63,805 bases of DNA, filler included, from Octopus bimaculoides (GCF_001194135.2; 9 parts of 9 records of this genome joined end to end with filler, not necessarily neighbours in it); one strand, 5' to 3'. Numbered from the whole stretch's first letter, positions 39,699 to 53,572 are shown. Made by a program: numbers and translations. Notes: generated by a model from the sequence alone, not told the origin.

Positions 39699-39906
39699 TG
39701 TGGAGGCGCAATGGCCCTGTGGTTAGGGCAGCGGACTCGCGGTCGGAGGATCGCTGTTTCGATTCCCAGACCGGGCGTTGTGTGTGTTTATTGAGCGAAA
39801 ACACCAAAAGCTCCACGAGGCTCCAACAGGGGGTAGGTGGCGGCCCCTGTTGTACTCTTTCGCCCCAACTTTCTCTCACTGTTTCTTGAGTAACGCTGCG
39901 ATGGAC
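39699..39906 (+). mobile_element. SINE family D 5' part (tRNA head), cut by a gap
   Basis: GTGGAGGCGCAATGGCCCTGTGGTTAGGGCAGCGG..GTTTCGATTCCCAGACC; matches 46757 onward. Confidence 0.8.
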
Positions 39907-41108
39907 NNNNNNNNNNNNNNNNNNNNNNNNNNNNNNNNNNNNNNNNNNNNNNNNNNNNNNNNNNNNNNNNNNNNNNNNNNNNNNNNNNNNNNNNNNNNNN
40001 NNNNNNNNNNNNNNNNNNNNNNNNNNNNNNNNNNNNNNNNNNNNNNNNNNNNNNNNNNNNNNNNNNNNNNNNNNNNNNNNNNNNNNNNNNNNNNNNNNNN
40101 NNNNNNNNNNNNNNNNNNNNNNNNNNNNNNNNNNNNNNNNNNNNNNNNNNNNNNNNNNNNNNNNNNNNNNNNNNNNNNNNNNNNNNNNNNNNNNNNNNNN
40201 NNNNNNNNNNNNNNNNNNNNNNNNNNNNNNNNNNNNNNNNNNNNNNNNNNNNNNNNNNNNGGGGGGGGGGCAGGAAGGCGTGTATCTGGGGGTAGAGTGG
40301 GGAGTCGTAGTTTATGCTGTGGTGAGCAGTAGTAGTAGAACCCTCAAGTAATCCCGGATGAAACCAACCCATGATGAAAGACACTCTAGCCTTGGCCACT
40401 GTCCAAGGTGGCCAGTACCACTTTGCCACCAAATCTATCAGTAAGGCGACAGGGTGTGGTTTGAGGTAGATTTGGCTGCTATTTTTAGCTGTTCGGGCGA
40501 CCACCTAGATGTTATCTGGTTGGTAGGAAGCGAAGTGTCAGTGGTAGGTGGAGGGTAATTGAGGTTTATTAACTGAGCTGCGTTATTGAGGTAGAAATAA
40601 ATGTATTAAGTGGGGTGGATTGGAAAGAGAGGTTGGGGGAGTAGTGATGGGGGCGGCGGTAGTTGTCATCATGGGGAGATGATAAATTAAGGGCTATTTA
40701 GGAGAGAACACAATGGGAAAAGGGAACAATGTAAACTGTGTTTGTCTGTCTGTTACACACACACGTGTATGTGTGTGTGCGTGTGTGTAAATGTGTCTCT
40801 ACGTGTGTGTGTGTGTAAACGTGTCTCTGCGTGTGTGTGTGTGTATTTTGTATTTACCTCTGCAATTTAGTCCAGTTTAGTTCTGGTAGAGCAGACCTAT
40901 GATCAAAAACTTTTCCGCCGTGGCCATCCCGTTTATTTTCTTTTACTTTTCCGGCAGTGTGTACACTTGACTAAATTATCCAATTTGAAGAGAGTGGTGT
41001 CTGATGTGAAGGAGGTTTGACTGCAGTGAATAGCAGGTCGAGTAACACACTTGGTAGAGGTTCCTTGATTGGCTCAGAATGTGTGTGTGTGTGTGTGTGT
41101 GTGTGTGT

Positions 41109-41208
41109 NNNNNNNNNNNNNNNNNNNNNNNNNNNNNNNNNNNNNNNNNNNNTTAATTAATTAANNNNNNNNNNNNNNNNNNNNNNNNNNNNNNNNNNNN
41201 NNNNNNNN
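41109..41208. other. Artificial 100-bp scaffold-join spacer
   Basis: 44 N + TTAATTAATTAA + 44 N. Confidence 0.97.
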
Positions 41209-41613
41209 ATATATATATATATATATACATACATAAATACATATATACATACATATACATACATATATATATATATATTCATACATACATGCACATACAT
41301 ATACATGTATACACGTACAGAGATACATACATATGGTAGTAAGTTGGTGTGCCATTTTATCCGCTTTTTTTTATTCTATCCTATCACAGCAGATAATTGC
41401 GATGAAGGTCACCTCCAAACGAAACTGCATTTAAGAAACATCCGGTAAAACTTTCAGTGCTATTTAGCAGGAAATCTCCAAGGTGATATACTTTAGAAGA
41501 AAGTTGTATTAGTGTGCATGTGCATATTCGTGTGTGTAGGAGGAGGAAGAAGTATCGGTGGGGGAGAGAGCACTAGAAAGAGGAGAATAAAAAATATATA
41601 TATNNNNNNNNNN

Positions 41614-41704
<91 letters not shown>

Positions 41705-41836
41705 GAAAGAGGTGGCTAGTGAGAGAGTGTGTGTATAGATAGATAGATGATAAGTGGGTTGAAAGCTAAGCGTTTCTATACAAACATTGCAGTCTAGATT
41801 TAGCAGTACATATCTGTATAAGCGCTTTCACACATA

Positions 41837-41902
<66 letters not shown>

Positions 41903-42294
41903 NNNNNNNNNNNNNNNNNNNNNNNNNNNNNNNNNNNNNNNNNNNNNNNNNNNNNNNNNNNNNNNNNNNNNNNNNNNNNNNNNNNNNNNNNNNNNNNNNN
42001 NNNNNNNNNNNNNNNNNNNNNNNNNNNNNNNNNNNNNNNNNNNNNNNNNNNNNNNNNNNNNNNNNNNNNNNNNNNNNNNNNNNNNNNNNNNNNNNNNNNN
42101 NNNNNNNNNNNNNNNNNNNNNNNNNNNNNNNNNNNNNNNNNNNNNNNNNNNNNNNNNNNNNNNNNNNNNNNNNNNNNNNNNNNNNNNNNNNNNNNNNNNN
42201 NNNNNNNNNNNNNNNNNNNNNNNNNNNNNNNNNNNNNNNNNNNNNNNNNNNNNNNNNNNNNNNNNNNNNNNNNNNNNNNNNNNNNNNNNNNNNN

Positions 42295-42490
42295 ACAAAC
42301 AAGGACAGACAAACGGATTAAGTCGATTATATCGACCCCAGTGCGTAACTGGTACTTATTTAATCGAACCCGAAAGGATGAAAAGCAAAGTTGACCTCGG
42401 CGGAATTTGAACTCAGAACGTAACGACAGACGAAATACCGCTAAGCATTTCGCCCGGCGTGCTAACGTTTCTGCCAACTTGCCGCCTTGA
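42295..42490 (-). mobile_element. SINE family B, young copy
   Basis: Retains CpGs; abuts a gap. A second, more diverged copy lies at 42619-42760. Confidence 0.85.
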
Positions 42491-43312
42491 CCGAAGAGGA
42501 AGGTTTCGGTCCTCAATCCTCTCAACCCCGTCCACCACACAAACGCTTTCGCCTCTAGCCACTGGACAGAGGAACATTGCCTGTCCTACCTTGTTAGAGT
42601 TGGTGCTTCTAGGAGAGGCACAAGGTTTGAAACTTAGGAAGGGGTTAGTCGGTACCATTAATGACAGTAACTTGGGTGGTACTTTATTTTATCAGCTTTG
42701 AAAAGATAAAAGACCAAGTTGACTTCGGCAGGGATTTGAACCCAAGATCGTCAGGAGTCAGAGTAAGTAGAACACGAAGAAGAAACATATAGAGAGATGG
42801 AGATGAAAGAAGACAGTTGTTTGTTTATAGCTTACTTAATTATTTATTATTGCCATCTTTATCATCATCACCACCACCATCATCATCATTACAGTAGTCA
42901 GGCTTATGAAAAATACTGGAAGAAAACGAACACTTACTGACAAATAAGCACAAATGCACACAAGCATCATACATATTCATGTATGCGCATTGGTGGACGT
43001 AGTCTTTGGTGTAATGTATAAAGCTTTATAAAACAAGGAAATCATCACCACAGTATCTTTAATTTCAGTTCTTCTCGTCATCACCACTGCATCTTTATTA
43101 TCGTCGACGTTACGATATTTTCACTTCGTTCTTTTTTCTTTCCAAGTCTGTCATTATGATCATTAAGCTTAATCCTAATCATAAGCTTAATCCTAATCAA
43201 GACCGTAATAGTCATTATAACGATTTACAAATTCTTTTTAAGTAAGTATATATTTTCTCCATATTAGAGAGACACACATGCACTTTCACATATACTCTCA
43301 CGCACGCACGCT

Positions 43313-43343
<31 letters not shown>

Positions 43344-45136
43344 GCACATACATATATAAATTCATGCATCCTTAAATATATAGATACATACATAGATTAT
43401 ATATGTATGTGCGCGTGTATTAGAAATGATCTCTCACAAATTTCCCAATTAAGTGTTTTATGGCCATGTGGTCGTTAATTACTTTCAAAGTGTCACACAC
43501 AGTCTGTCTACTGCCTGTGTCATACACTATTTTGATTATATCACTCCAGTAAGTTGAAGGGCATAAACTGTGCTCAAGAATAACCAGTATAATGCTTAAT
43601 GTCATAGTTGCCAAGAAAGTAATGATTATCTGTATGATTTCCATTGCTTTATAGAAAATATATATATATTTGTCTATCTATAAATATCTTCTATATCTAT
43701 TTATATTTTCCTTTCTTTCCTTCTTTTCTTTTTTCTTTTTTTTTTTTGCTTAATTCTTTGTATGTTATTCTTCGTCGGTCTCTTATTTTTACAATTAAAT
43801 TTACTTAACACTTCAATAAGATAATATTCTTTCCTTTCGAGAACTTTCCTTTCTTTCCAAAAAGAAAAAAAGAAAACCAACCAATCACTTGTTCTTGATA
43901 ATGCTATTGAGAAATATCAAATTATCGACTTGACTGGATTCGATCTCGTGCCAATGTTGCAACTGTCGTTATCGTTGTCCTTACTATTGTTTATTAAAAT
44001 CCATTCACTTCACTCGTCAGTTTTCTCCTTTTATTATTTTTTTTATATTTTTCCCTTTGTCTTGCTTTGTGCGTATATCTGTGTACGTATGTGTTTATGT
44101 TATATTGTCTGTTAATTATTTTACGCTTAACGCCCTTTTTTTAAATGTATCTGTATATATGTGTGGGTGTATGTAAATGTATAGATATGAATATGCAAGT
44201 ACGCACATACATATGAATGTACGTATGTACATACACCGAGTATTTAGTTATTACAGAACACGCATCTTCTTCTCGTTCATTCGTTCGTTATGTTCGTTGA
44301 TTTGGACAAATCCGTTGGGCAAATCCGTTGGGTCGATTCCTTGGTCAATTTTTTTGAGATTTGTTGCGAATGTTACATATACATATACATATACAGAATA
44401 CTACATGTGTGGCCGTTCGGTTTGCAGAAAAAGTTTGGTAAGTTTTTCGCCGCCGATTGAAGTTGCATCTCCTCAGTATGAATTTCAAGAATGGCGCATC
44501 GAAACACAATAAAGATGGACTAAACAGACGACGTTGAGGACGACTGTGAGTTTAAATATTAATAAAAACAAAAAAAGTGGGGAGGAGGAGGAGGAGAAAA
44601 ACAAAAGTAAAAAAAAGAATAATAACAATAGCTACTACTACTACTACAACTACCACGACTACTGTTACTACACGAATTTCTTTCTCTTCTTTCTCATCTG
44701 TTGCTTTCGTATCTATTTTCTCCTCTTCCTTTTCCACTCCTTTATTCCCTTTATTCTTCTCCTCTTCATCCTTCTTCTTCTTCTCCTTCTCCTTCTCCTT
44801 CTTCTTCTCCTTCTTCTTCTTCTATACACCCCTCTGTCTTGATTCTGTCGTTCTTTATCTCTTGTTGCTTCACATTCTATCTTCGTCTCTCTCTCTCTCT
44901 TTCTTTCCCTGAATCTCTCTCTCTCTTTCTACATCTCTCTCTCTCTCTCTACACCCCTCTCTGTCTCTTCGCATCTCTCTCTCACCCTCTCTTTCTCTCT
45001 GATAGTTTTGCATACTCTCTTATATATACCCCCCTTCCCCCTTTTTCTTCTGCTTCTTTCATTTTATCCTTTTCTTCTTTTTCCTTTTAATATATTTCCA
45101 CATATCTACATTTGCTGTATTCCTGTACTGTGTGCT

Positions 45137-45174
<38 letters not shown>

Positions 45175-45459
45175 TGTGTGTGTGTGTGTGTGTGTGTTTG
45201 ACTGTATGTGTATGTGTGTGTATGCTATTTCCATTTCTTCTCGTTGTCTTTTTCGTCATTGCTCTTGACGATTCGATGACGTCATAATGGTCGATTTTTC
45301 ATACATTATGAAGTAAAGCAATCTCTATTCCATAGCCACAGAATTATTGTTGAATGAAACTGTTTGATGCCATTTGATGCCATTTGATGGAATGGTTGAA
45401 GAATATTTATACAGTTTCCGGCAGCAAGAGAAGAGATAATTGTAGAATCTTTGAGATAG

Positions 45460-45507
45460 TGATGGTGGTGATAGTGGCAATGAATGCAGTAGTGGTAGTA
45501 GTAGACC

Positions 45508-45559
<52 letters not shown>

Positions 45560-45794
45560 AGTGGTAGTTGTTGTTGCTGTTGTTGTGGATGTGATAATGA
45601 TGGGGCTAGTTGTGGTGGTGATTGTTGTGAAAGTGATGTACTTGCTCGTGGTGGCGGTAGTGGTGATGGTAGTGGTGGTAGTAATAGTGATGGTAGTGGT
45701 GGTTGTGGTTGTGATAGTGTAAGTGGTTGTACTGATGGTCGTGGTTCTGATAGTGTTGATGGTAGTGGTGTTAGAGTGGTGGTGTTAGTGTGGT
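45460..45794. repeat. (GTA/GGT)n array leading into a gap
   Basis: Direct inspection. Confidence 0.9.
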
Positions 45795-46756
45795 NNNNNN
45801 NNNNNNNNNNNNNNNNNNNNNNNNNNNNNNNNNNNNNNNNNNNNNNNNNNNNNNNNNNNNNNNNNNNNNNNNNNNNNNNNNNNNNNNNNNNNNNNNNNNN
45901 NNNNNNNNNNNNNNNNNNNNNNNNNNNNNNNNNNNNNNNNNNNNNNNNNNNNNNNNNNNNNNNNNNNNNNNNNNNNNNNNNNNNNNNNNNNNNNNNNNNN
46001 NNNNNNNNNNNNNNNNNNNNNNNNNNNNNNNNNNNNNNNNNNNNNNNNNNNNNNNNNNNNNNNNNNNNNNNNNNNNNNNNNNNNNNNNNNNNNNNNNNNN
46101 NNNNNNNNNNNNNNNNNNNNNNNNNNNNNNNNNNNNNNNNNNNNNNNNNNNNNNNNNNNNNNNNNNNNNNNNNNNNNNNNNNNNNNNNNNNNNNNNNNNN
46201 NNNNNNNNNNNNNNNNNNNNNNNNNNNNNNNNNNNNNNNNNNNNNNNNNNNNNNNNNNNNNNNNNNNNNNNNNNNNNNNNNNNNNNNNNNNNNNNNNNNN
46301 NNNNNNNNNNNNNNNNNNNNNNNNNNNNNNNNNNNNNNNNNNNNNNNNNNNNNNNNNNNNNNNNNNNNNNNNNNNNNNNNNNNNNNNNNNNNNNNNNNNN
46401 NNNNNNNNNNNNNNNNNNNNNNNNNNNNNNNNNNNNNNNNNNNNNNNNNNNNNNNNNNNNNNNNNNNNNNNNNNNNNNNNNNNNNNNNNNNNNNNNNNNN
46501 NNNNNNNNNNNNNNNNNNNNNNNNNNNNNNNNNNNNNNNNNNNNNNNNNNNNNNNNNNNNNNNNNNNNNNNNNNNNNNNNNNNNNNNNNNNNNNNNNNNN
46601 NNNNNNNNNNNNNNNNNNNNNNNNNNNNNNNNNNNNNNNNNNNNNNNNNNNNNNNNNNNNNNNNNNNNNNNNNNNNNNNNNNNNNNNNNNNNNNNNNNNN
46701 NNNNNNNNNNNNNNNNNNNNNNNNNNNNNNNNNNNNNNNNNNNNNNNNNNNNNNNN

Positions 46757-47058
46757 TTCGATTCCCAGACCGGGCATTGTGAGTGTTTATTGAGCGAAAA
46801 CACCTAAAGTTCCACGAGGCTCCGGCAGGGGATGGTGGCGAAGCCTGCTGTACTCTTTCACCACAACTTTCTCTCACCCTTTCTTCCTGTTTCTGTTGTA
46901 CCTTTATTTCAAAGGACCAGCTGAATCTCCCCGAGAACTACGTTAAGGGTACACGTGTCTGTGGAGTGCTCAGCCACTTGCACGTTAATTTCACGAGCAG
47001 GCTGTTCCGTTGATTGGATCAACTGGAACCCTCGTCGTCGTAACCGACGGAGTGCCAA
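46757..47058 (+). mobile_element. SINE family D, head lost in gap
   Basis: Matches the 39770-39880 body and the 9868 tail. Confidence 0.8.
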
Positions 47059-47679
47059 CAGTGTTTTAAACACGCAATACTCCCTCCAGGCGTTATAGAT
47101 AGCATTGTTAAAATCTATTTGTGTTATCGAATTGTTTTCTGTTTTATCAAAACGTATCTACTTTTTACCAAACAATATTTCTGTTTTATCGAAGTGTAAA
47201 CCTGTTTTGTCAAAATGTATTTCTGTTTTGTCGAAATTTGTTTCAGTTTTCTTCGTGTTGTCTAATTTCTGTTTTATCAAAATATATTTAAAAGTAATGT
47301 TTATCACTACATCAATACGACTGTTCGATGTTACTACTATTAAACCCCACGGAAAGCCTCCGCCAGCTGGATATCGGTGCAATCTGCACCCGCGTTATAT
47401 TGCAAGCAGGGGAGCGAACCCCTACTAGCTTTTAGCAGACGACGGAATCACAAGACCGAACGATTTCGAGCTATTTCTGCCCACCTTCAGTGGTGAGCAC
47501 CCGACCGCTAGAGGGATATTCTAACAAAATATATTCGTTTCACCAAACGCAATTTCTGTTTCCCCGAAGCGTATGTATATTTGCTTTATCTAAGTGTATT
47601 TCTGTTTGAGCAAACTGTACTCATTTTTGTATCAACATGTACCTCTGATTATAAAATTCTGCCGTATTCCAGTTTAGAA

Positions 47680-47718
<39 letters not shown>

Positions 47719-47936
47719 TGTTTGTGTGTGTGTGTGTGTGATAAGTGTGTGTGTGTGTGTAATAATAGCGGCAGAAGTAGCATTAATACGAAAAGGTAAT
47801 ATTTATCTCCGACTTAAAGTGGATGTTGTATCAGAACACAGTGTACTGCGTTATTTACCGTGAGAAGAGAGGAACATAAGGCAGTATTCTGTTTTCCAAC
47901 ACAACACTCTCTTTAAGTGGGATATATGCATATGTA

Positions 47937-48036
47937 NNNNNNNNNNNNNNNNNNNNNNNNNNNNNNNNNNNNNNNNNNNNTTAATTAATTAANNNNNNNN
48001 NNNNNNNNNNNNNNNNNNNNNNNNNNNNNNNNNNNN
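47937..48036. other. Artificial 100-bp scaffold-join spacer
   Basis: 44 N + TTAATTAATTAA + 44 N. Confidence 0.97.
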
Positions 48037-48748
48037 TTCTTGTCTAATTGTTTTTATAAGGGATATACTAATATAAGTAAAAGAAAAATGAAAGAAACCG
48101 TTAGTTTTATTATTAATAATTTGTTTGTAATGTTTGCGGGTGGGGTGTTTGAGCAGGTTAGGGGAATTCCAATGGGTGGCAATTGTAGCCCCCTATTGGC
48201 GGACCTTTATCTTTCTTCATGCGAGGTCTTTTTCTTAAAGGCCTATTTGCTAGGAAAAAGAACTTAATGGATGCTGCAGATGCATAGATGATATATATTT
48301 ATACCTAATTAAGGTTTCTTTGAATTTTTACTCAGAAAAATATACCCCAGTGAGCTTTATAGCCACCAGAAATGGTAACAATATAAGAAATATTAATTAT
48401 TTAGATGTCAATCTAGTAATAAAGGACAATAATGAAATATATACTGAGATTTATAATAAAACAGAAGATCTTGGTTTCCAAGTGGCTTCAATGCCATGGT
48501 TCAGTAGTAAAATTCCTTCTTTTATTGGTTTTGGTGTTTTTGCAGAGCAAATTGTTAGATATGATACCATTATTAATGATGCTAATAAATTTTTGGAAAG
48601 AGTAAATAAACTGTTAAGACGTTTAGTAAAACAAGGGTATAAATATGGTAAGCTGGTTAAAACTTTTAATCGCTGTTTAGGTGGGAAATTTGAAATTTTA
48701 AATAAATATGGAGTAATATCTAGTCTTCAACTTAGCAAATATTTGTAA
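48037..48748 (+). mobile_element. Penelope-like element reverse transcriptase (C-terminal half), frameshifted; no C-terminal GIY-YIG
   Basis: QVRGIPMGGNCSPLLADLYL, then RCIDD (decayed RYIDD, 48278-48292) after a +1 A in the run at 48255-48259, KIYPSEL in a third frame, YLDVNL..IYNKTEDLGF..SKIPS..GVFAEQIVRY..LVKQGY thumb, stop at 48746-48748. 5' end cut by an assembly spacer. Confidence 0.85.
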
Positions 48749-50749
48749 GGATTTACAAGGTTTAAGATTCGAGTTATTTGCTTACTACGTCACCAATATT
48801 GTTTGAGACAATTGAGGAAGTAATAATTACGCACTACGTCATCAATATTTAGTTGGTCCTTTAAATTCTTGGTGATGGAACCGCATGTCTGATTAAACGT
48901 GTAAGGTTTATGATGATAATAGTTAATTATAAGTACTCTTATTAGTTCCTATTTAATGAAATTTAATGTTTATATTAGTTACTGTAACATGGTGATATAT
49001 TAATGAGTTTGTAGTGTTTTATTATTAACTTTTTAATGGTGAAATAATGTATTTCACTCATAAAAATATTAGTTAAATTAATTTCAATCGTGTTTGTTTT
49101 GTTTTGGAGAGATTTATATAAAGCTTTAACTTTCATTAGAATAGTATCTATGGAAGACTGGTGGGGTTATTATTTATATAGACTTAAAGATTGATCGCAA
49201 TTTAGCATGTAATTCAGTTATTGCAGTTTACTCTTAATAATGATACAATTTACATTGGTTTATATGTTTCTTTGTTGTAGTTTTATTAAAGTTAGTGTTT
49301 AATCCTGCCTATAAATTGTTTGATTGAAAGAATGTGGTTATTAAGTTTTTACTTTTATATTACACTATGGAAGACTGTAGGGATTATAATTTTTGTATGA
49401 CTTAGATTTGTCGCTGTTTAGTTACGTATTTAAGAGTTGGTTGTAATTTACTTACTGAATTTATTTATCGATGCTGCTGTACATAGGGTAAATGTGTTTG
49501 AAAGTTGCAGCAAACAAAGCAACCCAAGTAGTACATCCAGGAACTGCCATACTAAGTACAATAAAAACGAAGTTAGCAGTTTCGAACCCTAAGCGAGTGC
49601 ATATATCTTGTTCATATACGATCAAGGGAAAATTAAGAACTCATCCAAACTATAATTAAGCTCTTCTACCGTCTGCAACCAGAATCGTTAGATAAACAAA
49701 TTTAACTCTTTTAGAAAAATTTAATGGCATTACCAAAATCGAAATAACCCTCAGAACAATTCAAAAAGACAATTAATTAGGAATGTCGATTTTGGGGTGG
49801 CTTTAGTTGACAATGTTTTGTTAAATATTGTCCCAGGATCCCAGGAGAGAGTAAAGTCCTTTTGGGGACGTTGTGCGCTGACTAGGTGGAGGGGGGGGGG
49901 TAAATATTAAGAAGTATTATGGAGACGCGGGGTGCTTAGGAGGGTCATAATGTTTCTTGTAAATAAAATATTTGAACCGAGTACAATCAGCGGAACCATG
50001 GTGCAAGCTACGGAGTCATATTCGCTTGCTACAGTAGTCACTTCAATTCTAGGTCATAGCTTTATAGACCATATTGGAATCAATCCAACCATGGCACTGA
50101 CTGTAGCAGATTGCATGTTGGTGAAGAGGACTCAATAACCATGAATGAGAGACCAAGTGAAGCGCCTTCGTATATTCTAGCTGTACAGTCAGAAGACATG
50201 AGTAATGGTATTTCTCTTTCTCAAACAAAAGAATTACTTTACATCAGCTCAGAATGGTGCATCTAGAACTTTGATAATACGGCTTTTCAGTTTGCTAGAA
50301 ACATTTGGTGAGTTAAATACAAGCTTTGGGTGGTTAGTTTTTCCCACTTCTGCCCTATCGTTCTTTATTATATCTTCATTATAAAGTAACACTACTTTTC
50401 ATATCACATTCTTTTTCTTTTTTCATTTATTTCTGTTCTTGATAAAGGGCAACTGTCCGAAATATTGAATTATCCACAGTCCTTTCTTCACAGAGTAATT
50501 ATTATATATCTCATTGCTTTTGTATTTACTCAAGACTATGCACTTGACATGCTCTACAATTAGTTTTCGTTTAAGTGTTTCTCGTCAGCAATTCCCGTAG
50601 ATTTTCGATAATCTATCACAAGGAGTTTCGTGAATTCATTATTGAGGATATTATCGAATTGCCCGATTTTTTTCTGCAATTTGTCTGAAAAAACATCGAT
50701 AGATCTCAATTAACTACATACAAAGACATATATTTATTTAGATTCGATT

Positions 50750-50815
50750 AGATAGATAGATGGATAGATAGATAGATAGATGGATAGATAGATACACAGA
50801 GAGACAAACAGTTAA

Positions 50816-50883
<68 letters not shown>
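50750..50883. repeat. (GATA)n tetranucleotide array
   Basis: Direct inspection. Confidence 0.95.
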
Positions 50884-51225
50884 GCCGACTGACAGTCAGG
50901 CAGACAGATAAACGTGTGTGAGTTTCATTGATATTTTCCCCTGAAACCTCCCACGTAGATTATCCGCCCTTCTTCCTCCTCTTATCCACACACCACGGCT
51001 TATTTAAACTGACAGAAGGATAAGCTTAACCTAAATCACTGTTCACCGCAATTGAACGCGGTGTTTATACTGCCAGAGGTGTTCAGATTAAGCGGAAGAC
51101 AAAGATACACGCTTAAGTGTTGTGTATGTGTCTATAGTAGTGGAAACATGAAGAATAGTATATACGTACGTACATACATATATACATTCATATACATATA
51201 TAAATATGTACATAAATACATCTAC

Positions 51226-51266
<41 letters not shown>

Positions 51267-51339
51267 CATATACACACACATGCACACTCACAACATGTAT
51301 GTAGGTATATATGTATGTATGTATATGTATATATATGTG

Positions 51340-51371
<32 letters not shown>

Positions 51372-53354
51372 NNNNNNNNNNNNNNNNNNNNNNNNNNNNN
51401 NNNNNNNNNNNNNNNNNNNNNNNNNNNNNNNNNNNNNNNNNNNNNNNNNNNNNNNNNNNNNNNNNNNNNNNNNNNNNNNNNNNNNNNNNNNNNNNNNNNN
51501 NNNNNNNNNNNNNNNNNNNNNNNNNNNNNNNNNNNNNNNNNNNNNNNNNNNNNNNNNNNNNNNNNNNNNNNNNNNNNNNNNNNNNNNNNNNNNNNNNNNN
51601 NNNNNNNNNNNNNNNNNNNNNNNNNNNNNNNNNNNNNNNNNNNNNNNNNNNNNNNNNNNNNNNNNNNNNNTATATATATATATATATATATATGAGGCCA
51701 TTGCTGTTTTGATATTGTTTTGACAATTTTTTCGAGCCATTGCACAAAGGTATTTGTATAATGTTTAATATATGCGTGCGCATATTTCCTTCTAGTCATA
51801 TATGTATATATGTATATATGTGTGTGTTATAAACACACGCACACACTTACACGTATACGCACACGTACATATATATATACGCGCGCACACGCGCACACAC
51901 TCATATTCATAGATGGATAGATAAAAAGCAGGATGTTTATCATCATTTTAAACGATCTTATTTCATAAACTCCATGAAATTACGAATTGGTGCCAGCGGA
52001 AAACATACGTTTTCTCTGTTATAAGAAAGAGAAACTGAAAAAAGAAAAAAACCCAGTTTTTTTCTGTATTGTAACCACCTCTAGACCGGTCCTGAACGAT
52101 GGTATCCCGAAGCTGCAATGTGCGTTCGAGGTGCCGATGGTCACTTTAGTCCTGCAATTTACATCAGAGCACACAGACAGCGGCGTTTTTCATTGACAGA
52201 TGAGCCGAATCATTCACCGTTCAGGGTTTCAATTTTCGTTTCTTCCTCATAAATCGAAAGCAGAAAGGGTTCACTTTGATCGAAACCTTTTTGTGGTCTT
52301 TTGTTCCTTGCTTCCTTCATCTCTCATCGTATCAAACCCGAACCCTTTTCCTGCCCCTGCTCTTGCTAATATTCTGTCTCCCTTGACTAAAATATCACTA
52401 TCCCTCACAGACCCAAGGCATCCTCCCATGTAACCAACCGTTTCCTCTGTGCCTCCAAGAATATCTCATATTCCATTAAATATCAAGTGTTGTTCATTGT
52501 TTGCGCTATGACCATTTCGAGAAACAGCAAGACATGTTTCAACACACGAGTTTACATCAAGAATCTTAGAAACAAAGTACAAAAATGAAATAAGCAAAGA
52601 AAATCTTAGAAAATCTTAGACTCGACAACGGATAGGCATACACCCGCGGTATTCCATCGTCCCTCCGCAACCGACTAATGCAATCTCCACATAGCACTTT
52701 ACGTCCACTCTCAACTTTACAACAACGAGGAGACGTTGGTTTCTCTTTTCTTTCCCGACCCCAAGGCTTTTGCTTTTGTTATCTTTCCTCTCCGCCCGCC
52801 GATGTGGTCTTCCGTTTTCCTTCAGTGCATCAAGAACAAGATCAATTTTATTTGCAATTATGAATTTTATGACAAAAAATATTGTATCAGTTTTTGCATT
52901 CATCATGAATCCGAAACACTGCCAAGGCGTTTGACTCTTCTCTGAAAAATATTACGAAGGCAAAACATAAAGGACATGGCTCATATGAAAGATATTACGG
53001 TATCCACCAGACTATCGGATGTTGTTATACATCTCTGATCACAATGCGCTTCCCGTTGTTTTAGCCTTTGAATGATGCTACTCCCGCTGGATAGGCCAGC
53101 AGGCCAACAATCACCTCGATCAGAAGGCAAAGTCTGTTGCAGGGTGATCTATTTTACAGCTGAGTGGACTGGGGCGACATGAAATGAAGTGTTTTGCTCA
53201 AGAAGACATCATACCGCCCGGTCCGAGAATCGAACCCATAATCTAGCGAACATGAGTGCAACACTTTAACCGCTAGCCGCACTCCTTCACACATGAAAAA
53301 TATATTGTCATTTAAATTAAATATTTCCTCCTATTATGTTATTTTATCAACACC

Positions 53355-53572
53355 AAAGGCGCCGAACTGGCAGAGTGTTAGCTCGCCGGGCGAAATGCTT
53401 AGAGGTATTTCATCTGCCTTTACGTTCTGAGTTCAAATTCCGCCGAGGTCGACTTTGCCTTTCATCCTTTCGGGGGTCGATAAATTAAGCACCAGCGAAA
53501 CACTAGGGCCGATGTAATCGACTGGCCCTCACCTCTCCTCAAGCTGCCCTTGTGGCCAAATTTGAAACCGTT
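53355..53572 (+). mobile_element. SINE family B, young copy
   Basis: Full length, CpG-rich. Confidence 0.85.

Noticed and set aside
49900-50330. Minus-strand LEYTKALHLVSHSWLL resembling the LINE RT motif DY.KAFDSVPHSW
   Set aside because: A single weak motif; flanking RT motifs could not be recovered by eye, so it is not listed as a feature.
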